A DNA stretch of 64,000 bases from Terriglobia bacterium (GTDB lineage Bacteria; Acidobacteriota; Terriglobia; 20CM-2-55-15): contig CBDAOY010000005.1 in the NCBI GenBank assembly GCA_965198225.1, positions 736,001-800,000 on the forward strand, read 5' to 3'. This document shows, one piece after another, positions 10,649-19,800 of this stretch. The notes under the pieces were generated by a model. It was not told the origin of the DNA. It ran no database searches and was given only the letters and a program-made list of their open reading frames with translations. The first letter of the stretch is position 1. Each line of letters starts with the position of its first letter. Both the position numbers and the translations under genes were made by a program.

Positions 10649-11695
10649 ATGGGCAAGGTGATCACCATCATCGGCATCGACATTTCAAAGAGGTACTTCC
10701 AACTGCATGGAGCCACGGCAAGCGGTGAGCCTGTGCTGCGCAGGCAGCTCACGCGCCCGAAGCTACTCGAGTTCCTCGCCAAGCAGCCTGTCTGCCGGGT
10801 CGTGATGGAAGTGTGCGGCAGCGCCCATCATTGGGGGCGGATGATCCAGGAGATCGGCCACGAGGTCCGCCTGATTCCCCCGATGTATGTGAAGCCGTAC
10901 GTCAAGAGGCAGAAGAATGACGCCAACGACGCGGGAGCGATCGTCGAGGCGGCCCAGCGGCCGACGATGCGGTTCGTGGCCGTGAAGACCGAGGAGGAGC
11001 AGGCACGATCGGTGGTGTTCCGGGCCCGGGCACTGCTGGTGCGCCAGCGGACACAGACGATCAACGCGCTGCGGGGTCATCTCGCGGAGTTTGGACTCGT
11101 CGCTCCGCTTGGGACCCACAACGTCGGGAGGCTGGAGGAGGTGTTCGCGGAGCGTGAAGAGTGTTTCCCGGCGCTGGTGCCTCCCGCCATACGCCGCCTC
11201 ATCGAGCGGACCCACGATCTGGATGCGGAGATCGATGAGCTGGACCGGGAGATCCGTCGCATCGTGAGGGAAGATGAGGCGCTCGGGCGCCTGATGACGA
11301 TTCCAGGGGTGGGAGAGCTCACGGCAATGGCGGTGCACGCGTTCGCGCCACCGATGGAGAGCTTCCGTAATGGACGTGACTTTGCGGCATGGGTCGGGAT
11401 CACGCCGCGTGAATCCTCGACGGGTGGCCGCCAACGGCTGGGGGGGATCACAAAGATGGGACAGCGCGACATCCGGAGGCTCCTGTACCTGGGAGCGACG
11501 GCGGTCATCTCGAGTGCCATCCGGCGGAGGGAGGTCACCGATCCCTGGCTTGGCCGGATGCTGGACGAAAAGCCGAGGAAGGTGGTTGCGGTGGCTCTGG
11601 CCAACAGGATGGCACGCATCATCTGGGCCATGACGGTGAAGGAGGAGAGCTACAGGGCACGGGGAATGACAAAGGCCGTTGCGCCTGCAGCGTAG
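10649..11695 (+). CDS. IS110 DEDD recombinase/transposase
   Basis: IGIDISKRYFQLHG, VVMEVC, QKNDANDA, TIPGVG, WVGITPRESSTGG, VALANRMAR. RBS GGAGGG before ATG 10649. Confidence 0.95.
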   Translation: MGKVITIIGIDISKRYFQLHGATASGEPVLRRQLTRPKLLEFLAKQPVCRVVMEVCGSAHHWGRMIQEIGHEVRLIPPMYVKPYVKRQKNDANDAGAIVEAAQRPTMRFVAVKTEEEQARSVVFRARALLVRQRTQTINALRGHLAEFGLVAPLGTHNVGRLEEVFAEREECFPALVPPAIRRLIERTHDLDAEIDELDREIRRIVREDEALGRLMTIPGVGELTAMAVHAFAPPMESFRNGRDFAAWVGITPRESSTGGRQRLGGITKMGQRDIRRLLYLGATAVISSAIRRREVTDPWLGRMLDEKPRKVVAVALANRMARIIWAMTVKEESYRARGMTKAVAPAA

Positions 11696-11854
11696 GGTTG
11701 CGAGTCAGATCAGTGGAGCGAAGAAGGGTCGGCGAGATCAGAAACGCGGAGAAGAGAGAGGAAATCGTCCGGCTGGCGGCCTGGGCGGATGGACACGGGC
11801 CACGGAGGTTCCAACTGGAGAGTGCAAGCAGGACGTCGGACAAGGTAGGGGCAA

Positions 11855-12000
11855 ACGGTCGACAAGACGGGATCGGAAAACCCAGTAGGCCTCGAAGGGC
11901 CATCGAGCCCGTCGTTTCGATTTGGATCCGATCTCACGAACACCATACGGGCCCGCGGCCAGCAAGTGCCGCATCAAGAGGCCGCACATACGACCGTACC
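11855..12000 (+). ncRNA. Putative bridge RNA of IS1111 #2
   Basis: AGGCCTCGAA (11887-11896) - hairpin GGGC..GCCC - CGTTTCGA (11913-11920) match both strands of the target. CCATACG (11943-11949) and CACATACGA (11985-11993) match the circle junction. Boundaries approximate. Confidence 0.8.
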
Positions 12001-12038
12001 TGACCTGAATGCCACCGATCCTCGGTTCGAAGTCAGGC

Positions 12039-12064
12039 TTGCCAACCAGGGGGGCGTCCACATA
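12039..12064 (+). promoter_or_regulatory. -35 half of a circle-junction promoter of IS1111 #2
   Basis: TTGCCA at 12039-12044. Joining the right end to the left end would create TACGAT 18 nt downstream. Confidence 0.55.
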
Positions 12065-12253
12065 CGAGGCCTGCTCGGCGTTTACTCGCGTTGTGGCCTG
12101 TGTGGTCGCTGAGCCGCCCGAGGCGGCCCTTTGTCATCGGAGTGCTTCAGACGATGTTGTTACCTCCACCATCCGCTCCGATTGCTACCGACTGGAGCGA
12201 CAGTTGCCGGGCGGGATTCGCACCCGCTGAGGATTGGCGCCTTCTCACGGCGC

Positions 12254-12708
12254 GGCTTGAGCCCTCGGCTCCTCATGAAGCTGTAGAGGGTCGTACGGGA
12301 CACGCCCGTGAGCTTGGCGATGGCGGTCTTGGAAACCCCCAGCTTGAGGAAGCGCCGGATGTCGTCCTCCTTGCCGTTGAGCCGTGAGACGCCCAGCGAG
12401 CCTTTCGGGCGCCCGAGCTTCCGGCCCGAGGATCTGGCCTTGGCGAGGGCGTCGAGGATGGCAACGATCTGACCCAGCGACCGACCAAGCCGGGAGAGTT
12501 CGCTGACGACCAAACGGTCGCCGCGCTGGAGAACGTTCATCAGCTCGTCGAGCCGTCGGCGCTTTTCGGAAGCCTATCCAGAGGCGGTCGCCTCGATGAA
12601 ATCGTCGATGCGGAAGTCGTGTTTGCGTGCGTACTCGAGGATGGCGAGGCGCTGGCTGCGCACGTCCTGCTGCGCGGTCGAGACCCTCAAATAGGCAACG
12701 GTTTTCAC
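12254..12708 (-). pseudogene. Serine resolvase/invertase pseudogene
   Basis: VAYLRVSTAQQD, in-frame TAG near 12575, GDRLVVSELSRLGRS, an internal deletion, then LGRPKG and HTH AIAKLTGVSRTTLY fused to the intron 5' end. Confidence 0.8.
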
Positions 12709-12862
12709 GGCCTGACCATGGAATGCGGCTTCTGGCATTTTATCTGACAGATAAGAAACATGAAATGCGTCACGTTCCATGCTACTAAACTGTTAGGTCA
12801 AGACGGACGTTTGATGAGACGGTTCCATGCCATCCTGAGCGGCTCCGGTTCCAGACGGAGCC

Positions 12863-13237
12863 TTAGTCGGCCGTTCGGCGGGCCGTTCCTAGCCGCGCCA
12901 GCGCATAGACAATGCCAATGGCCGGAACCACCGAAAATGCGAGCGCAAGCTCCCAATCGCCCCGCACGCTACCCGCAGCAATCAGCTGCGCAAGGCCCAG
13001 GTCGGCGATCACGTTCGCCGTCAGGAGCGCCACCAAGGCGAGGATCGTCTTCGTGGTGAGACGGGGCCGCAACACGAGCAGAAGCACGCCCGCGGCCCCC
13101 AGGGGGTGCAGGAAGATCAGGAGCAGCCGTTGCCAGACGTCTCCACCATTCGCGAATGCTCCAACCATGGACGTGAGTCCTACGAAGGCAGCGTGGATCA
13201 CAGCGAGCACCGTCACCGAAATTCGGAAGCTGGTCAT
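12863..13237 (-). CDS. Hypothetical membrane protein (about 4 TM helices)
   Basis: 124 aa with four hydrophobic segments. Confidence 0.6.
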   Translation of the reverse strand: MTSFRISVTVLAVIHAAFVGLTSMVGAFANGGDVWQRLLLIFLHPLGAAGVLLLVLRPRLTTKTILALVALLTANVIADLGLAQLIAAGSVRGDWELALAFSVVPAIGIVYALARLGTARRTAD

Positions 13238-13471
13238 GAAACCATGATCGGTCCCTGATGGGGATCTACCCCATCCTCTGAACCGGCTGCCAGTTGGCGG
13301 GCCGGGCCGGCGGCATTGTCAAGTTAAACTGTTTGACGACATTATCGGGGTCGTTTGCTAATGCTAAGTTATTGATTTTTAGTTCTGGTGTCGACTGGTT
13401 CTCTAACGAGAACGACCGGATTTCGATTAACTCGACAATCGCGTTGCGCCTCCTCCAGCCTGTACCCCGTT

Positions 13472-13978
13472 CTATTCCGAACCCTCGGGTCGAGGTGATG
13501 CAGGCGGCACGCCGTCCTTGAGCCATCGCACGAGCGCCTTGCCAGGATCGGCGATCTCCTCGACCGCGCCGTACCAGTAGGCTTCCCATCCCGTTTCCGG
13601 CAGACCCGTAAACAACATCAGGTTGAGTGGATAGACCTCGCTGTCGGTGCAGCGGCGGAAATCGTCCCGGAACAGGAACACCGGCTTCTCCCAGGCGACC
13701 GCCATACCCAGTTCCACCATCACTCCCTCGTCCGGGGGACAACCGTTGACCACCGCGAACAATCCCTCGGCCTGCCGCACGTCCCGAAGATCGGCCTGAC
13801 CGATCTCATACGCCCAGCCCGGGCGGGCCCGGTCGATCTGGTTGTTGCGCGTGAACGGCTCCCAGACTTCGGCCCCCAGCGCCTCCAGAGCCGCCACAAT
13901 CCCTCCCAATGGCCCCGCGCGCTGCTGCAGGGAGAAACCATAGGGATTGGCCAGATACAGCGTCTTCTTCGATGTCAT
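13472..13978 (-). CDS. Nucleoside 2-deoxyribosyltransferase family protein
   Basis: LYLANPYGFS, DLRDV, PPDEGVMVELGMAVAWEKPVFLFRDD, PLNLMLF. Start at MTSKKT. Confidence 0.85.
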   Translation of the reverse strand: MTSKKTLYLANPYGFSLQQRAGPLGGIVAALEALGAEVWEPFTRNNQIDRARPGWAYEIGQADLRDVRQAEGLFAVVNGCPPDEGVMVELGMAVAWEKPVFLFRDDFRRCTDSEVYPLNLMLFTGLPETGWEAYWYGAVEEIADPGKALVRWLKDGVPPASPRPEGSE

Positions 13979-14111
13979 GTGCGAGGCCCGGTACTTAAGC
14001 ATCCGCGAATTCATCCGCCAGCGCAACGGGTCGATCGCAGGCGGTGGCCTTCCCAGATCGGCGAAATAGGTTTCAGAAGACCGTGCCCATTATCTACAAT
14101 TTCCGGCGAAC

Positions 14112-14441
14112 ATGACCGAAGACGAACGCCAGGACCTGCTTAGAACGGTAAGCGAGAGCCACGCAAGCCTGTCCGCGGTCGCCCTCAAGTTACGGCTGGA
14201 ACTGCCGCCGAAAGCCCCTGCACTGAAGGCAGCGATAAAGGCCATGCGTGGGGCCTTCGATCTCAAGCGCACGCTTCAGCAACTCGTTGTTGAGGACCTT
14301 GAAAAAGCAAAAGGGCTCGTGGCATTGCCCAAGGTTCGCTTGGGCGGCAAGGTGGTCGACGTGAAGCTGCTATTACGGCAAAAGGATCGGCGCTCGTCAC
14401 CAGGTCCGCCAAGGCGCCATAAGTCATGGCCCTGTGTCTAG
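14112..14441 (+). CDS. Hypothetical protein
   Basis: 109-aa ORF with plausible helical N-terminus; no motif recognised. Confidence 0.35.
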   Translation: MTEDERQDLLRTVSESHASLSAVALKLRLELPPKAPALKAAIKAMRGAFDLKRTLQQLVVEDLEKAKGLVALPKVRLGGKVVDVKLLLRQKDRRSSPGPPRRHKSWPCV

Positions 14442-14645
14442 AATAATGTCCGCCTTACTCGACGATATATGGCCACAAAATAATCTGGATAGTACAATCG
14501 CTATCAGCCGCAAACAGGCCGCGTTTCGGCTTTTCTTGGACGCCGCAATCTTCTGACGTTGCGGCGCGAACGAGTGACCCAATTCGCACTAACATCTCAT
14601 TCGCACGTTGGATCTGTTGAGCGGCAGGAGCTGCGAAGGAAACGA

Positions 14646-15209
14646 ATGGCTGACTCGCCGGACGATGCATGGACGACGGTATTTTGCCAGCGTCCGTATA
14701 ACTCCTACCGCGCGTATGGAGGGCGAAACCCAGCCTTCAAGAGTAGTCCTGGCCTTGACGGTCGCCTGCTAGACTTCAAGGTTGGCGACAACGACGCGAT
14801 CAAGAGCGAAACGACCGTCTTGCTCAATGCTATCGAGAAGCTCGATCTTCTCGACGCTGTCGTGGCGATCATTCCTGGTCACGAAGCGGCCGCTTCGAAT
14901 AGGGAGACGCCGCTGGCCCGTGCGGCTGAGGCAATCGCTGCTGCATCCGACTACACAGCGGCACCGGACAGCCTGGTCAGGACGAGGTCAATAGACAAAC
15001 TCGCTGATGGTGGTGACAGGAGCGTAAACACTCACGTCACCTCGATGGCGATACCTGATCCGACGATTGTACGCGGGCAAACAGTCGTCATCATTGATGA
15101 CATCGTGACGACAGGAAATTCCATCGCAGCGGCTAGACAGCTACTAGAAGCAGCGAGCGCTGAACGGATCGCAGCCGTAGCCATTGGACGCACTAGGTCG
15201 CTGTACTGA
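14646..15209 (+). CDS. ComF-like phosphoribosyltransferase (ShosT-like PRTase)
   Basis: PRPP-binding loop VVIIDDIVTTGNSI, IIPGH, C-terminal AVAIGRT. Confidence 0.8.
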   Translation: MADSPDDAWTTVFCQRPYNSYRAYGGRNPAFKSSPGLDGRLLDFKVGDNDAIKSETTVLLNAIEKLDLLDAVVAIIPGHEAAASNRETPLARAAEAIAAASDYTAAPDSLVRTRSIDKLADGGDRSVNTHVTSMAIPDPTIVRGQTVVIIDDIVTTGNSIAAARQLLEAASAERIAAVAIGRTRSLY

Positions 15210-15213
15210 ACCC

Positions 15214-16176
15214 ATGGTGACCGACGACATCCGAACCATCTTGGCTCTGTCAAAGCTACCGAAGGTCGGCCGGGTTCGACTGCGTGCGCTTTTGCAGTGC
15301 ATTCACGACAAGGGCTTCTCGCCGCCACTCACGGTTCGGCAGACTCTGGCTGAGTCCCACGACGCCGTCAAGCTGCCTCCCTTTTCCGATGGCGATGTTG
15401 ACAGCGCCATCGCTCGAGCCGACGATCTGGCAGGGCGCTGCGACGACCTTGGCATCGCCGTGCGGCCTTACGGTTGGCCTGAGTATCCGAACCAATTGCG
15501 TCGGATAGCGGCCCCCCCAGCAATTCTTTTTTCCATCGGCGCGTTCGAACCTGATCATGCGCCACGTGTCGCCGTGATCGGCACACGCCGCCCGTCGCAG
15601 TGGGGACTGACTACAGTCGCAGCTTGCGCTCGTCGGATCGCTGAACGAGGTGGAGTAGTTGTCTCCGGGTTGGCGTTGGGGATAGACGCTGCAGCCCACG
15701 CGGCTAGCGTTGAGAGCGCTGGAACCACTTGGGCCGTCATGGCACATGGTCTCCATACCGTATCGCCATCGTCCAACCGAGTCTTGGCCGAGGAGATCCT
15801 TGAAAAGGGCGGTGCCCTGATTAGCGAATATCCTCCTGACGAGGAGGCAAGACGGCACTACTTCGTCGAACGGGATCGCATTCAGGCAGGGCTGTCGGAC
15901 GCTGTCTTGGTCATTGAGAGTGGTGTTGCTGGCGGTGCGATGCATACTGTCCGGGCAGCGCAGAAGGGACATATCCCTATTTGGGTGACGTTCCCCAACG
16001 AGAGCGTCTCCCATGGGGAGATTCGGACTGAAGATCTTCTTGAACCGCAACAGGGGACATGGGATCTTCTTAGATCCCACGCGGCCGAACACGTTTCGAC
16101 CATCGGGGTGCTGGCTTCTAAGCTTGCAGCCTTGCCAGATCGCACATCTGCCAACAGTCAGGTGTCGCGACAGTGA
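15214..16176 (+). CDS. dprA: DprA/Smf family protein (ShosA-like)
   Basis: VAVIGTRRPS, VVSGLALGIDAAAH, GALISEYP, ERDRIQAGLS, SGVAGGAMHT. Starts 4 nt after the PRTase stop. Confidence 0.88.
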   Translation: MVTDDIRTILALSKLPKVGRVRLRALLQCIHDKGFSPPLTVRQTLAESHDAVKLPPFSDGDVDSAIARADDLAGRCDDLGIAVRPYGWPEYPNQLRRIAAPPAILFSIGAFEPDHAPRVAVIGTRRPSQWGLTTVAACARRIAERGGVVVSGLALGIDAAAHAASVESAGTTWAVMAHGLHTVSPSSNRVLAEEILEKGGALISEYPPDEEARRHYFVERDRIQAGLSDAVLVIESGVAGGAMHTVRAAQKGHIPIWVTFPNESVSHGEIRTEDLLEPQQGTWDLLRSHAAEHVSTIGVLASKLAALPDRTSANSQVSRQ

Positions 16177-16199
16177 GTCGATTCGTCTTGTTCGATCTC

Positions 16200-16360
16200 C
16201 ACACGCCAACCCAGTCGGGGAGGGTCTGGCTCGGAGTCGCTTCCGCGTAGGCGTAACCGCTGGCGCCCAACACGGCCTCGAACAACTCGACTCGAACCGC
16301 TTCGCCCGTCTGTGGATCCGTCAGATGTGGCGCTTTGCCGGAAAAGTCGATAAAAGGGTA
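16200..16360 (-). pseudogene. IS21-family IstA fragment
   Basis: FIDFSGKAPHLTDPQTGEAVRVELFEAVLGASGYAYAEATPSQTLPDWV. Confidence 0.7.
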
Positions 16361-16898
16361 GCGCTCACATTCATGTTGAAATACAACATCAGGGCGAACC
16401 GGGCTTTCTGGTCGACCCGGAGCGACCTCGCAAACGAATGGCGCCGCCAATGCAGGCGACGGTTTTCAAGGCAGCGCCTAAGAAAAGGTCAAAAACAGCC
16501 TGTTTACGACAGTTGCTGGCCATAGTATCCAGATCATTTCAGTGTCGGATAGCGTCGATCCAGGCACCGATATCTTCGTCACCCCACCGTTGGTCAGCGG
16601 ACCGTGATCGCGGGCGGCTGCCTAGTTTCGACGCTCTACGATCAAGGCGCATCACTTCACCGAATGGGTGACGGCAGCGCTCTCGCGCTGGTGGGCCGGC
16701 TACGTTTCACGCAGAGGGCGTGAGCCTTCCCCTTCTTTGCCCCGCGCGGGGTCCCTCCGTCAGGGGGGCGTCGGGAATCCATGATGCCGCTGAATCCGGA
16801 AAGGCGGATAGGATTGTTGGATTCCGCACCCTGCTTCAGCCCATACCCGGCATTCATGCGCATTTGTACCGAGGGCTCGGGCCTCCAGGCCGGAGCCC

Positions 16899-19800
16899 TC
16901 AGGGACTCGCTGGAGGCGTCGTCGGTTCCACGGCCAACTCCAGCGGCTGACCGTTCTGCCCCGTGAAGCGGATTGATCCGGACGAGGTTTGGCCTGCTGT
17001 CCCGCTGAAGAGGACGAACTGGGTTGTCCATCCGCCGGAATCCACAAAATGGGGGAAGAACAGGTCGGATGCGTGGGCGGCCGCGTTTTCGTCGGCCGGC
17101 GGTGTCGTCGTGACCACAATGTCGAACCGCTGGTTGGTTGTCAACCGCAGGCCGACGACGGCGATGTCGGGCGTCGGGGAGGCAATCCTGAGAATTCCCG
17201 AGAAAGGCGTGGCCAATGCGGGGAAGAATTCGTCGATGAATCGAGCGGCCTGGCCCGATGCGGGGAGGGTGAGGGACTCGGTGAGTCCCGAGGCTGAGCC
17301 GTCCAATGCCGTCAATTCGAGCGACACGACGGTGGCCGTCTCCGATGTGTTGGTCAGGGCAATGCCGCTGCGCACCGAGCCCGGCTGGCCGGGGGTGCCG
17401 CTCGTCTCCCCGTAAACACGAAACGCGTTTCCGGAGATGGAGGCCGGGACACCGGCTTCGGACACGGTCACGCCGGCGTTCTGGTAAGAGAAGATGCTCA
17501 CTCCCGACGGGGCGGCGTGGCCGGGGTCAGCCACCACCCGGACTGAGCCGGTCTGAATGGGGCCGGTGGGACTGGCGGTCTGGAGCCGCGTTGCACTGCG
17601 TGGGGGGATCGCATAGGGGAATGCCGATCCATTACTCCCATCGGCAAGCGTCAGCGTGGCCGGCCCGGCGTTCGCAGTCTCGCTGCCGGGGCCAAGGAAC
17701 TGAACGCTCCCCTGGATCGGGGCATGGGTGGGGTTGACGAGAATGACCTGGGTCGTCCATCCGGCTCCCGCCGCGAAATGCGGAAAGTAGACCGTGGCGG
17801 GCGTGGGGACTGTGAGCGGCGCGACGGGAAGCGTCGTCATCAGGAACTCGGAGCGCTCATTGACGAACCCGCGCAGCGCGATGACGGCGACCGGCAGGTC
17901 GGAGCTGAAGGTGAACGTGCCCCACACTGCGTCGCCTCCGTTAAACGGATCCTCGTCCAGGAATTGTGCGATCTGTTCCCGGGGCCCCAGCATGAACGTG
18001 CCGTGTCCGGAGTCGATGCCTTGGCTATCGGTGAAGAAGAACCCGATCGTGGCGGCGGTGCCGTTGGGATTGGCCATGGCGATCCCGGTCCGGAGAGCAC
18101 CGTCGGTTTCGGCAAAGATCCGGCCTTCCAGTACGGCGGCGGCGGCGGGGACGCCGGCTTCCGAGACGAGAATCCCGTCCTGCCGGGAACCAAATATGGC
18201 CAGTCCGGTTGGCAGCGTCATGCCCGCACCGGCCGCCACCTGTCCATATCCGGCAACGAGCGCGGGGGAGGCGCCCTGGGAGGTGAGGGAAACTCCGCCC
18301 TGGTCTGGAATGGAGAACCGTTGCGTGGCGGACGTACCGGTCGGACTCAGCAGGCGGATCCGGTAGTTGCCCGCATCGGCGATGTAGAGGTTGCCAACCC
18401 CGTCCACCGCCACGCCCCGTATATGGCTGATCTGCGCCTGGCTCGCCGGACCGCCGTCCCCGCTGAAACCGCGCTCCCCCGTGCCCGCAATCGTCGTGAT
18501 CACCCCCGTCGAATCGACCTTGCGGATGCGGAAGTTGCCCGCATCGGCGATGTAGAGGTTGCCAACCCCGTCCACCGCTACGCCTGTGGGAAGCTCGATC
18601 TGCGCCTGGCTCGCCGGACTGCCGTCCCCGCTGAAACCGCGGAGCCCCGTGCCCGCCACGGTCGTGATCATCCCGGTGGAGTCGACCTTGCGGATACGGA
18701 AGTTGTTCCTGTCGGTGATGTAGAGGTTGCCCGCCCCGTCCACCGCCACGCCATAGGGAGAGTTGAGCCCCGCCTGGCTCGCCGGCCCGCCGTCCCCGCT
18801 GAAACCGCGCCGCCCCGTGCCCGCCACGGTCGTGATCGTCCCGGCGGAATCGACCTTGCGGATCCGGTGGTTGCGGGTCTCGGCGAAGTAGAGGTTGCCC
18901 GCCCCGTCCACCGCTATGCCTGTGGGAGTGTTGATCGGCGCCTGGCTCGCCGGCCCACCGTCCCCACTGAAACCGCGGAGCCCCGTGCCCGCCACGGTCG
19001 TGATCGTCCCGGTGGAATCGACCTTGCGGATCCGGTCGTTGACAGCGTCAGCGAAGTAGAGGTTGCCCGCCCCGTCCACCGCTATACCTGTGGGAAGCTC
19101 GATCCACGCCTCGGTCGCCGGACCGCCATCGCCTCTGAAACCGAGCCCCCCCGTGCCCGCCACGGTCGTGATCGTTCCGGTGGAATCGACCTTGCGGATA
19201 CGGCCGTTGCCGAAATCGGCGATGTAGAGGTTGCCCGCCCCGTCCACCGCTATACCTGTGGGAAGCTCGATCCACGCCTCGGTCGCCGGACCGCCATCGC
19301 CGCTGAAACCGAACTTCCCAGTCCCCGCAATCGTCGTGATCGTTCCGGTGGAATCGACCTTGCGGATACGGTTGCCCCTATCGGCGATGTAGAGGTTGCC
19401 CGCCCCGTCGACCGCCACGCCTGTGGGAGTGTTGATCTGCGCCTGGCTCGCCGGACCGCCATCGCCGCTGAAACCGCGCTCCCCAGTCCCCGCAAGCGTC
19501 GTGATCGTTCCGGTGGAATCGACCTTGCGGATACGGTTGCCCCTATCGGCGATGTAGAGGTTGCCTGCACCGTCGACCGCCACACCCTCGGGAGAGTTGA
19601 TCTGCGCCTGGCTCGCCGGACCGCCATCGCCGCTGAAACCGAGCCCCCCTGTGCCCGCCACGGTCGTGATCATCCCGGTGGAGTCGACCTTGCGGAGGCG
19701 GTGGTTGCCGGTATCGGCGATGTAGAGGTTGCCTGCACCGTCGACCGCCACACCCTCGGGAGAGTTGATCTGCGCCTGGCTCGCCGGACCGCCATCGCCG

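Larger units (their letters stand above)
10553..12064 (+). mobile_element. IS110 family, IS1111 subgroup element #2
   Basis: Sub-terminal IRs GTGGACGCCCCC (10560-10571) / GGGGGCGTCCAC (12050-12061). Removal restores GCGTTT|CGAGGCCTG. CG(A) core is present at both junctions. Confidence 0.92.
7295..12253 (-). mobile_element. Group II intron copy A1, interrupted by two IS1111-type elements; 5' GT lost
   Basis: Domain V GAGCCGGATGCGGGAAATCCGCATGTCCGGTTC and 3' end ...CGACTCTAC at 7295. The 5' RNA segments 10312-10552 and 12065-12253 align with uninterrupted copy A2 (25621-26050). Confidence 0.88.

Noticed and set aside
13266-13470. AT-rich patch with a short open frame
   Set aside because: No recognisable motif, repeat or RNA structure.
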